This document shows positions 10,979 to 24,440 of a stretch of 41,378 nt of DNA, piece by piece; position 1 is the stretch's first letter, and each line of letters begins with the position of its first letter. Origin of the DNA: Peribolospora baueri (Eukaryota); NCBI GenBank assembly GCA_029717555.1, contig JAMDHS010000010.1:310001-351378 (forward strand). The letters are read 5' to 3'. Below the pieces are notes generated by a model. That model was not told the DNA's origin. It searched no databases and saw nothing but the letters and a program-made list of their open reading frames with translations. The position numbers and the translations under genes are program-made.

Positions 10979-13241
10979 ATGGCAATCTGGGCCCATCTCT
11001 CACCCTCCGCCCGCTCCATCCTCTCCCGCCCCTCCCCTTTCCCCTCCATGCCTCGTTCCACCTCCGTCGCAGCAACGTCGCCCCGCATAGCTCTCGTCGC
11101 CCGTCACATGGCTTCTTCCCCTTCGGGACCTAGCTCCTCAGAAGGAGCTCCGATCCCGACCGCGGCAGACGGCGTCGTGCTCCAAAGCACCCATGGAGCC
11201 GCGGGGACGATTATGCTGAACAGGCCCAAGGCGCTCAATTCCTTGAACATGGAGATGATCAAGGGAGTCAGACAGGCTGTCGAGGTGGGTGACATGGCCG
11301 GTGGCTCCGTCAGGACCTCAACCAGTTTCTTCTCTTCTCATGCGCTTGTAACCATCTTTCTTGGCTTTCTGCGTCTTTGCAGAACCTCGCCAACTCCCCG
11401 TCTTGCAACATCATCCTCCTTCGTGGGGAAGGCCGTGCCCTCTGCGCTGGCGGCGATATCCTCGGTGAGCCTCCGACATCATCTCCAGAGTCGACCGACC
11501 GCCATTCCCCTTGCCTTCCTGATGACCCCGTCTTACTCCATCTTACAATACTGATATTTTCTTTTGTTTTCCGACATCGTTTGTCCCCATCTCGGCTGAT
11601 GGACAGCCCTCACGAAATCAGCGGCGTCCCCTGACCCAGCAGAGCGCAAGCACTCCGCGGACCTTTTCAAGGCAGAGTTTGAGCTCGACCATCGCATCGC
11701 AAAGCTTGTCGAGCCGAGTGGTGGTGGAAAGCCTTTCGTGAGCGTCATGGATGGGATAACAAGTGAGTGGCCGCTAGCGGCAGTTTTCGGCTCGCGTGTG
11801 TCCCATCTTACCGAGGAGTTGCACCTCTAATTCTCCATTGCCCCTCCTCGCTTCCACCTGACCTCGCCTGCAGTGGGCGGTGGCGCCGGCCTCTCCATCC
11901 ACGCGCCCTTTCGCGTTGCGACGGAGAAGACACTTTTTGCTATGCCCGAGACGGGCATCGGCTACTACCCTGACGTTGGAGCCAGCAGGGTCCTCGCGCG
12001 CATGGACGGAAACACGGGCATGTTCGCCGCGCTGACCGGCGCCAGGATAAGCGGACCTGAGACTTAGTGAGTTTGCCCAGTTCGCTTTTCCGGCAGCGCC
12101 CACCGGCGTCATGCGGACGACAACGAACGGCGTCGTGGCGAGGCGCTCAACGGATGCCTGCTTTCCTTTTTGCGCAGTCTGGCAGGGATCGCGACGCATT
12201 ATCTCCCGTCTGCGTCTCTCCCTTCTCTCTTCTCCCGTCTCTCTCAGCTCTCTACCCCAGCTCTCGAAGGCGTCAACTCGGTGCTTGAAGAGCTCTCCAC
12301 AGACCCTCTGCCTTCGTTGCCCACGTCCAGCCCATTCATCGGCGCGGTCCGTCAAGCCGTCGACACTGCATTCTCCAAGGTCACAGTCGAAGAGGTGATG
12401 GAAGCGCTGGAGAAATTGGCTAAAGGAAAGGAAGAGGCGGACGAAGTGGGCAAGTGGGCGAAGCAGACTTTGGAGACGCTCCGGACTAAGAGCCCGACCA
12501 GCCTCAAGGTCTCTATGCTGTCAGTGAGGGAGGGAATACACTTGGGTGTGGATGATGTATTCAGGATGGACATGAGGGTGGCTACAGCCTTTTTGGTGAG
12601 CAGACCGGATGCCCTTTAATCGCTCTCCACCGGTTCATGCTATCTGCTCTAGCCTCGCGTCTAACTCGTGTCTCGCTCCACCCTATGGGGCGAACTCGAC
12701 CCTGCAGGACGTTTTCACCTCGCCAGACTTCAAGATCGGCGTCTCGCACACGCTTGAAAAAGACCCTGTGACTGGCAAGAAGAAGGAAGGAGTGGCTCCC
12801 TGGCAACCTCGCACGCTGGCGGAGGTGGACGTGGACGTGATCAGGGAGCGCTTCTTCGGGCAGAACGACAAGATTGAGGTGCCCTTGGTCGACTTGGCGC
12901 ACTCCTCCTCGCCCTCCACTGAGATCTGGTCCTACCACGAGTCGGGCTTAAACAAGAAAAAGGGCGGCCAGCGCGACGGCCCTTCGTCTCTCGAGGTCTT
13001 CCCCGAACACGATTACAATAAGTTCGCGCTGCCCTCGGAGGCCGAGATCAGTCGCTTCATCCGCGGCGAGCACGAGGCGTCGGGGAGCGGCAAGGTGACG
13101 GAGGACGAACTGGTCCGCGCTTTCGAGAGGGAGACGGGGGGGAAGAAGGGTGTGGAGACGAAGGTGAGAGATGTGGTGAGGAGGAGGTGCGAGAAGGACA
13201 AAGATGGGTATTTGAACTGGACGAAGGCAGAGCACAAGTGA
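10979..13241 (+). CDS. EHD3: 3-hydroxyisobutyryl-CoA hydrolase, mitochondrial (crotonase family, Ehd3/HIBCH-like), 6 exons
   Basis: Motifs [66 protein letters not shown] and PDFKIGV are present, plus the fungal C-terminal extension (ALPSEAEI...). The N-terminus is Arg/Ser-rich. The start is uncertain among ATGs at 10979, 11048 and 11108. Confidence 0.92.
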
Positions 13242-13493
13242 AGTGGCGCCTTGGAGGCCATAAGGGGGAAACCCGTTTCGCCTGCGTACCTCTCCTTCTC
13301 CAGGAGACGGATTAGAAAGGGGTACGCCTGCCAAGCATAGACGTAGACTACCCAAGCACTGTAGACGTAACAGAAGATCGTTCAACTCTGTGCCGAATGC
13401 CAAGCAAACGAGGTCTACACGACCAGGGCGCCGTTTTGGTAACACAAATTGGCGTGCCTAGTACTATTGACAAAACGACGTCTGTAAATCATA

Positions 13494-13618
13494 CTTACCC
13501 AAACATAATCTTGTTTAGCTAAACATTATTCTTGTTTAGCCAAACATAAACCTTGTTTACCCAAACATTAATCTTGAGTTGTCGAATGTTCATCTTGCCG
13601 GTCCGAATGGTTTTCCTG
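13494..13618. repeat. Degenerate 21-bp minisatellite (4 close copies plus 2 diverged)
   Basis: Minus-strand units: caggaaaaccattcggaccgg, caagatgaacattcgacaact, caagattaatgtttgggtaaa, caaggtttatgtttggctaaa, caagaataatgtttagctaaa, caagatta-tgtttgggtaag. Confidence 0.85.
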
Positions 13619-14022
13619 CAACGCCTTCTGATTCAATCTTGGACCAACAAACACACGGCCGACCTTCAGAGCCAAGCACAGCGCAGCACGATGCGATATA
13701 CCGTCGAACGCAAGCGTCTTCCACATGCGGCGCACGGCCGACTGGTAGTCTACATGTAGAGCAGTCGGCGTAAACAAACAGGGTGCCACTAATCGCGTAT
13801 CGTACCATGTCGTCCTTCGAAGCGACGGTTACACCGTGTCGGATCGAAAACGTTCTTCAAGTCAGAAAGGATTGAATACATATGGGCAGCTAAAACAAAG
13901 TGCTGCAGACAAAGAAACAAACGGACAGAGAAGATAAGGGTAAAAAGGAAGAGGAAAGTACACGCTCGATGCCGCTCCTCTTCGTCACTCGCGTTGGGAC
14001 CGAGAGACGAGGGGCGGTAGAG

Positions 14023-14073
14023 GGATGGAGGAATGGATGGATGGAGGGATGGAAGGATGGATGGATGGATGGA
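14023..14073. repeat. (GGAT)n imperfect microsatellite
   Basis: ggatggaggaatggatggatggagggatggaaggatggatggatggatgga. Confidence 0.85.
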
Positions 14074-14208
14074 GCCGACAAAGGCAAGATGGACTATTGG
14101 GCTGTTTGACTTCTACATTCTTTGCCATCCAGAATGACGTTAATGGTGATCGTTATTGACATTTGCGCATCCTTAATTAACATTCAGGCCGTCAAAGACT
14201 GCACAGAG

Positions 14209-14298
14209 GTATCCGTATTCTACAATAACGTTTCCATATTCTACAGTAAGGGGTCCATATCCTACAGTAACATGTCTATGTTCTACGTTAACGGGTCC
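14209..14298. repeat. Degenerate 21-bp minisatellite (about 4.3 copies)
   Basis: gtatccgtattctacaataac / gtttccatattctacagtaag / gggtccatatcctacagtaac / atgtctatgttctacgttaac / gggtcc. Confidence 0.85.
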
Positions 14299-14492
14299 AA
14301 GAATTCGTCGGAGGCTTTTGACAAACGTGCCGTGCTCCGACAAATGTAGTGCTGCGGCCGCGGCGCGTCGATGACATAAGCCACTCCCAGCTTAGTCGTC
14401 CGTCTCTTCTCGTCGCGGTTAAATGCACCTCTTCTCCATCGTACACCTACCCTTCCGTTCTTCTTCTCCAAGTTTGGTATCAGGGCGTGCGC

Positions 14493-15638
14493 ATGACTTC
14501 CCAAGTCGTCTACTGCTCCGCCCCCCCGTCGTCGTCCGTGTTTGGGGAGATGTACATCGAGGAGGTGTGGACGACCTCCCGACCCGCGACGCCTCGGCCG
14601 TATGAGGAGATCCTGCCCGACACGGACGAGGAGCCGGACGAAGAGGAGTTGGACGAGATGGGGCGCGAGCTGCTCATCGCCAACGAGCAGGAGGACGCGC
14701 TACTCGACCACGTGGGACGTCAACTCCTCGGCCTCAACACGCCAGCTGGTCCTATCGCAGGCTCTCCTTCCAAAGTCGTTCGCCTGCCTGTCCTGGACCT
14801 GCTCCCCAGTATCCCTTTTGACGCTCTCCTCGGCGGAAGCTGGTTTGGTTCTGGAACAATGGGCTTTGGGCCGACGTTTGCTTCTCCCACTGGAGTGTGC
14901 GTAGACGAGCCGCCGCTTTTTCTTCTCTCTCCCTCTCTCGTCGACTCGCTGGCTAAGTTTGTTGTTTGTCTTGTTCCTCTTTTGCCCTTACACTCTCCCT
15001 CTCCCACGCATATAATATATCGCAGGTGGATTTCCGACGTCCGAGATGAAGACTCGGAAGACTTTTTCTCCTATCGGGACGCCGCTCTAACGGTGGACCG
15101 CCCGAACTTGCTCGAGTTTTCCGATGCCGATGAGGAGGCGCAGGATATGATGGCACGCTCTCGTGCCTCCACGCCGTCGCCTCCCACGTTCGTCCCCGCA
15201 CCTGGAGGCGTGGGCGTCGTTCGGCCGAGCACCTCCGTCCCGATCACCACCATCAGCACCTCCATCCCGATCACCACCATCAGCACCTCCATCCCGATCA
15301 CTACCACCAGCGAAACGTACACAACGGAGGGTGGTGGTGGTGAGCCGAGCGGACGTCAAGGGCACGCGCGTACGGTTAGCATAGAGGACGTTCCGGACGA
15401 GGACGAGTTGGCGGGCCTTTCCTCTTCCGCGCGCAACGCCGGCGGGACGACGGCGGCGGGATCCGACGAGGCTGCGGGGGAGCGGCCGCCGCGAAAGACA
15501 GCCAAGGTGGAGACGGAGAGCGCGGAGGGCACGCCTGAGATCACGAGGTTCAGCAGCACCGAGGGGGAGGCGGACGAGGAGGAGGACCGGGAGATGGTGA
15601 TCCGCATTCCCATCGGGGGCGGCGACAGCCCGAGATGA
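14493..15638 (+). CDS. Hypothetical acidic, low-complexity protein with one predicted intron (14897-15025)
   Basis: The frame is open over 14349-15638 with GC3-rich codons like neighbouring genes. The candidate intron GTGCGT...GCTAAG...CGCAG is 129 nt and keeps the frame. No recognisable domain is present and the start is uncertain (14493 or 14550). Confidence 0.6.
   Translation: MTSQVVYCSAPPSSSVFGEMYIEEVWTTSRPATPRPYEEILPDTDEEPDEEELDEMGRELLIANEQEDALLDHVGRQLLGLNTPAGPIAGSPSKVVRLPVLDLLPSIPFDALLGGSWFGSGTMGFGPTFASPTGVCVDEPPLFLLSPSLVDSLAKFVVCLVPLLPLHSPSPTHIIYRRWISDVRDEDSEDFFSYRDAALTVDRPNLLEFSDADEEAQDMMARSRASTPSPPTFVPAPGGVGVVRPSTSVPITTISTSIPITTISTSIPITTTSETYTTEGGGGEPSGRQGHARTVSIEDVPDEDELAGLSSSARNAGGTTAAGSDEAAGERPPRKTAKVETESAEGTPEITRFSSTEGEADEEEDREMVIRIPIGGGDSPR
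15228..15311 (+). repeat. 27-bp coding tandem repeat x3 (STSIPITTI)
   Basis: agcacctccgtcccgatcaccaccatc / agcacctccatcccgatcaccaccatc / agcacctccatcccgatcactaccacc. Confidence 0.9.
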
Positions 15639-16026
15639 AGAAGAAGGGGCTACTACGATGGGCGATCGCGACGTGTCGTGACGTGACGTGCCGGGCCTGC
15701 GCGGGCGCCGGCATCGACGCCGGGCTCGACGACCTCCTGCTCGCGGCCGCCCAAATCGGCGTCGCCGCCGCATTGTATAAGTAAAAAAAAAAGGGCTGGG
15801 GTTCGCCCGCCCCATTCCAGTGTCGTGCGAGCATTCACGCGATCGAGACCGACGCAGAAGGCCGTTCTCCGTTTCATTGTACAGTATGTAGTGGGAGTAT
15901 TGTAGACAGTATCCAGCGAGCCAGCGTACGATACGAAAGCAAAAAAAATGCACACAAGAGTTCCGTTCCGATCCAAGCGATCCTCCTCGGCTCCATCCAT
16001 CCATCTGTTCATCCGTTCGACCGGTC

Positions 16027-18307
16027 TTATCGAACCATCGGAGTCGGCTTGCTCAAAGCATCCTCTTCCCCCTTGCCAATGACGGCCACCTGGAATCCAA
16101 TCCTCTCAAGCTCCTTCACGTCGCACACGAGCCGTCCGTCGAAGACGTAGGCGGGCTTGGACATCGACTCGTGCACGGACTGCCAGTCGAGCGTTCGGAA
16201 CTCGTCCCACTCTGTCGCGATGACCACTGCCGCAGCGCCAGCGCAAGCGGAAAGGGCAGACGGGTGGAGCGTCACTTGGGATTCAGCTAAACGAACGGTC
16301 GGACGGACGGATAAACGACGAGTGCGGCGCGAGTCAGGAGTCAGAGGATGATCTGTTTTTATTAAATCGATGAGGACGCGCGAGGAAAAAAAAACCGAAA
16401 CTTACCCTGTTCTCTGGTCATCGCTTTGCCATCGTCGGTGAGGTCGGACCAAATTTGGCCGTGAGGGACCTTGGGGTCGTAGATGGAGACGTTGGCCTTT
16501 TCTTCCATGAAGCTCTTGACCAGCGTTATCGCCGGCGACTCCCTCTGAGTGTCGTCGTCGTCAACGGGGGGGCGGCGGGAAGAAAATGGAACAAGGTGAG
16601 AATGCAAGAATTCGGGGACGGGGACGCGCTCTCGTCCGCTCGCTCGCCGTCTAAACTCACCGTGTCACCGGTGTCCTTCTTGAACGCAAACCCGAGCACG
16701 GCGATGCGTTTGCCCGTGATGGTGGAGAACAAGGTGCGCACGACCCGTCGCGCGAACCGAGCCTTCTGATACTCGTTCAGGGTGATCACCTGCTCGACAG
16801 GATGGCGAAGCGAAATCCGCTCACGTGTTAGCCCCGAGTCCGCAGAGTCGAAGGCCGTCTGCGGGCCCACTCACCTGCTTCCAGTACTCGCCTACTTCGT
16901 GCAAGTTGAGACTGTCGCAGAGGTATACGAGGTTCAAAATATCTTTCTGGAAGCAACTGCCTCCGAAGCCGACAGAGGCTTTGAGGAACTTGGGGCCAAT
17001 GCGGCTGTCCAGGCCGCAGGCGTGGGCCACTTCGTCCACGTCGGCGCCCGTGGCTTCGCAGATGGCCGAGAGGGAGTTGATCGAGGAGATGCGTTGGGCT
17101 AGGAGAGCGTTAGCGGCCTGTTCGGTGGGGCGGTGGAGGGGTCAGGGTAGTAAGCGGGTCCAAGTTTTGCGTGAGCATCGTCTTCCCTGACCCCGGCACG
17201 AGATCGGAGTCAGGGAAAGCGGAACGTACCAGCTTGCTGAGCTCAGAGCTCCAAAGACCCATAGTGATGATTCGTTCCCTGGGCACCCAATTCGCATAGA
17301 CCTCCTTCAGGCTCTCCTGCGCGTCCCGCCCGCTGGCCATATCCAAGCCGCCGATCAAGACCCGATCGGGGTTCTCGAGGTCCTTGATCGCCGTCCCCTC
17401 GGCGAGGAACTCTGGGTTGGAGAGGATGTCGAACGTGATCCCGGGTTTGGCGTTGGCGTTGAGCACGGTGCGCATCGCCGCGGCGGTGCGGCACGGCACC
17501 GTCGACTTTTCGACGATGATCTTAGATGAGGTGGAGATTTCCGCGATCCTGCGAGTCGCCTGTTCCACGTAGCTGTGAGGAGCGAGGGAGCAAGCAGGGA
17601 CTCGTGAGCGCTTGCTTGACGAGCTTGAGAGAGAGAACGATGACAGCCGTGTTCTTCGGTCCCTGGCTGGAACCGGAGATGTCGTCGTCGTGGTGCTCGC
17701 TCACCTAAGGTCCGGGGCGACGCCCTTGCCGATGCCACCCTTCTTCGTGGGCGTGTTGACGCTGACGAACACGAGATCCGCCTCGGCGACGGCCCGATCT
17801 ACGTCGGTGGAGAAGAAGAGGTTCTTGCCTCTGCGTGCTTTCACCAGCTCGTCGAGGCCGGGTTCGAAGATGGGGATCTCGTCCGAGTTCCACGCATCGA
17901 TGCGCGCTTGGTTCAGGTCGACGATGGTGACGATGAGGTGCGGGCAGCGGGAGGCGATCACTGCACAGGTAGGTCCTCCTGGGAGACATGGAGGGAAAGG
18001 GGTGCGGTGTTTGAGCAGGCGGGCGGGGACGAGGAGACGAAGAGATGGAAGGACGGACGGGTTCGGTCTTCCCGTAAGGATGGGAGGCGCTGACGGATAC
18101 GACTGGACGCTCACCTACGTAACCGGCGCCGACTGAAAGACGGGAAGGAGAAGAGCGAGGAGATGGGATGCGGTCAGCATGCGACCTTGCTCCTCGCCCA
18201 TCCATGTATCCACCGAGCGACGAGCGCCGTCGTGGGCATGTGCGAAGGCGCACGATGGGGGGAAAGGACTCACTGCAGCAGATCTTGCGCACTTGGACGG
18301 GGGCCAT
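16027..18307 (-). CDS. UGD1: UDP-glucose 6-dehydrogenase
   Basis: Segments [66 protein letters not shown], catalytic [34 protein letters not shown] and VFDGR are present, and the exons join in frame. Confidence 0.96.
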
Positions 18308-18460
18308 GGTTTGACGTTCTGGAGTGCGAGCGCGGCCGGCGGCGTCGAAAGGGGGTTCGAAGACGGGTGAGGAGAGGGGGAGATGGAAGGAAGGAGGGAG
18401 GGGGGCGGCGGCGGCGGCGAGGGTGAATTGGGGCAAGAAGGGGAGGCAAGGACGGGTGGG

Positions 18461-18470
18461 TTTATAAATA
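18461..18470 (-). promoter_or_regulatory. Putative TATA box of UGD1
   Basis: TATTTATAAA on the minus strand lies about 155 nt upstream of the ATG and is followed by a pyrimidine-rich leader. It is an isolated AT island in GC-rich DNA. Confidence 0.5.
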
Positions 18471-18701
18471 CGGGTGCTCGGACTGCGCGGCGCGGCGTAT
18501 CGAGGTGGGTGAAGGAGAGAGGGCTGCGCTGGGCGTCCGGGATGCGGTGGAGGAGGAAGGAGTGGAAGGATGGAGGCAGCGAGCTGGACTTGGACTTGGA
18601 CGCAACACTCAAGAAGACGACCCGATTTTCTTTCTTCTCCACTCCACGCCACTCCACCGACCGACCCCGACCGACGGACCGACGACGACGAGCAATCCCC
18701 G

Positions 18702-18750
18702 TCCATCCATCCATATCCATATCTATATCCATATCCATGTCCATCCATCT
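18702..18750. repeat. (TCCA)n/(ATATCC)n microsatellite
   Basis: tccatccatccatatccatatctatatccatatccatgtccatccatct. Confidence 0.8.
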
Positions 18751-19520
18751 ATTCGAGCCACGCCGAGACAGAAAGAAGATCAGGTCCGTCGTCCGTCGTG
18801 CGACACGTGCGGCGGGCGAAGAGAAACGTGCGCGGCGGCTGCGACAGACTGACTGGCTGCGCCGCCGACCCTTCCCTTCCTTCCTTCGCCGAGGTCTCAG
18901 CTGGCCCACACCCGAGTTGTCCACCTCGTACTCGGCCGTTAAGCGGGCCTCCTTCTACAGCAGCCGAAGAAGTCCGTCCGTACAGGTCAGTTCAGGTCAG
19001 GTCAGATCAGGTTTCGCCCGCAATGTGCATGTCGGCGCTGTAACGGCAAGGACGACGTGCACGGCCACGGCCGGCGCTGTAACGCCCCGACTCGATCGAC
19101 CCGAGTTCGGCTCGGCGGCACCATCGCCGCGCAGCAGAGGGGGGGCCTCCGCAGGGCAAGGCTTGGACGACGCACTCTCGGCAAGCGGCCCGTTATTCTT
19201 CGTCCACAAGCGACCAATCTGTCCACTGAGCTTTGGACAGGATGGCAGATGTTTTGTTTTCGTGCGGATGAGACAGGAAGCTACAGTCGAATGGCCGCAG
19301 GGCAAGCAAGGTTGGCAAGAAAAGGAAGGGAAGATGAAGGAGAAGAAGGACGGAAGGAAAAAGAGCACAAGGCATCATCGCCCAGCGCTGGGATAGAGAC
19401 GTTTTTCTCATTTTTCTCATTTCGTTTGTTTAGGGATGGACATGGTTTTCGTATGTGCCTATGTGCCCACGTGAATGATGAAGATGAATCACACACACGT
19501 CCTCGCCCCACCCCGGCATA

Positions 19521-22483
<2,963 letters not shown>

Positions 22484-22521
22484 CTTGATCTTCCTGAAGA
22501 AGCGGTTGGTTGTGATGGACG

Positions 22522-22575
22522 TGGCGGTCGTGGTTCGTCGCGGAAAGATGGCGGTCGTGGTTCGTCCTGGAATGA
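22522..22575. repeat. 27-bp tandem duplication in the PDC leader
   Basis: tggcggtcgtggttcgtcgcggaaaga / tggcggtcgtggttcgtcctggaatga. Confidence 0.8.
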
Positions 22576-22719
22576 TGGTCAACTTTCTGATGACCCTTTC
22601 GTATCCTTCGATGGTTCGTCGAGGCGAGTGGGTTTGATATGAACGACGCGCGGGAAAAGAGAAGGGCAGTCAGTAGACGAGCGGTCGTCGACGTAGGGGT
22701 AGAAGAGGTGAGGCTTGAC

Positions 22720-22727
22720 CTTATAAG
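22720..22727 (-). promoter_or_regulatory. Putative TATA box of PDC
   Basis: CTTATAAG lies about 240 nt upstream of the ATG in otherwise GC-rich sequence. Confidence 0.4.
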
Positions 22728-23891
22728 CGGAGCCTCCTGCCCCGGCCCCTCCTTTTCGCCGACCCCCTTCGCTGATCATCCATGTCTCACTCGGCCGCGC
22801 CTGCGATGAATAAGCCGATCGGGATGACGTCGATCACTTGAACGACCAACCCTCGCGACGTTGCGACTGCTCGCGGCATGATCGGCGCGCGTACGCCAGG
22901 TGGACGCCTTCCGAGCCACCAACGGTGAAGCGCTCTCCTGTCGTCGCTCCTCAGCAGCCTCTTCGTCGACGTCGTCGTCACCGCCGCTGCTCCCGTGAAG
23001 GACTCGGTGGAGACGAGGGAGAAGTGGCTTGGTAGAGAGAGGGCTTGGACAGCGAGTGTAGGCGCGATCGTTGGCTGGGGGCGGTCGGCCTGCAAAAAAG
23101 TGTATCGGGCAAGTGAGGAAGGAAGACGTACGAAGCTTTTGAGCACACGTCCCAGGTCCCTCTCTCTGCTCCTGCTCCCTTTGTACGGTGACAGGACGGG
23201 TGAGGAGAAACGGTGCGGGCGGGCGTCCCTTGTCATTCCACTTCCACATTCTTCGAGACGCACGTGCATGCTACATCGCCCGGCTCCAGTCCGAGGGGGT
23301 TGTACATATACAGCGACATCGCTCCAGTCAGCCCCACAAGGGGCCGCGAGCTCGTCCGTCTGGTCGGCGTTGGCGAGTCCGGATCGAAACCCGGCGTCCA
23401 CCGACGTACATCCATCGCATCTCTTCTTGTCGCTCGGCGAACGTTGGCGCGAGCGCAAGCAGCGACCTCGGCCAGGCTGGCGATCGTCGAGCAGAGCTGG
23501 AGCGGACCGCTACGCCGCGACTTAGCCTGGCTTCGGGGGGGAAATGCAGAAGGGGATGGTGGAGAACGGGAGAGAGGCGAGGGCAAAGGCGACGGCGACG
23601 GCGAGGCCGGGCGAGGATGAGACGGGGTTGTGGGCACCAAGGACCACCACCCGGGGCCAGGTCGGGCTTGAGGTTGGGCTGACCATAGGGCGCTGCCGAA
23701 AAGGGAGCATTTCTTTTTCTTTTTTGCGTTAAGCACTTGGCTTGCGCGACCAGCGGTCGGACGAGCCGCGCCCTAAATAACCGAGGTGCATTAGCCATGT
23801 CACTAGCCAGGGTCGCACGCAAGATACGGCTAGAGGGGATTATTATGCCCTTGCTTACGTCGGCGACTTGCGCCCTCCTTCCGTCCGTGTA

Positions 23892-23931
23892 CCTTACCTT
23901 ACTTGGCTTGGCTTGGCCTGGCCTGGCCTGG
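23892..23931. repeat. Pentanucleotide repeat (CCTTA/CTTGG/CCTGG)n
   Basis: ccttaccttacttggcttggcttggcctggcctggcctgg. Confidence 0.75.
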
Positions 23932-24440
23932 CCTTCCCTGGCAAGGGCGCGGCGTGAATATGAAATGACCAGCGAGGATGGTGCAGACGAGGAATTAAAT
24001 GAGCATGCTAGACCCGCGATTCTGTCTCATCCGCCCCCGGATCGAAAGACGAGTCGATTCCAACGAACCGCGAACCGCCAGCCAACCGCCAATGGCGTGC
24101 CTAGGCGGATATGCATGCACTTGCTATCCTGTACCACCTACTCTACCCCTCCGATCTGCCTCCTCCTGACGCCAGCCAACAGGACAAGGCCCAGTGACGA
24201 CGGACGGCCGACCGGACGAGACGAAACGAGACGGTCAACAGAAGACGACAAGAGATGACAGACACAAGGCAAGACAGACGGCCGCTTATACTTAGCGCAC
24301 GCCCCCGCCGCCTCCTTCCCTTCACCCATCCACTCACCTCCTCCTTCCCCGGTCCTCCTCCCTCCCGCCGCTCCCTCGCCCTCCCACCTCCCCGACCCGT
24401 CCGATCCCCCCCCGGCCGCACCCCCGCCCCGCCCGCTGCC

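Noticed and set aside
13494..14300. Periodic repeats resembling a CRISPR array
   Set aside because: These are tandem units without unique spacers, there are no cas genes, and the context is eukaryotic and intron-rich.
22776..24258. Cluster of 130-220 aa ORFs in the PDC-hydrolase intergenic region
   Set aside because: They have no recognisable motifs, overlap in all frames, and have no coherent splice structure.
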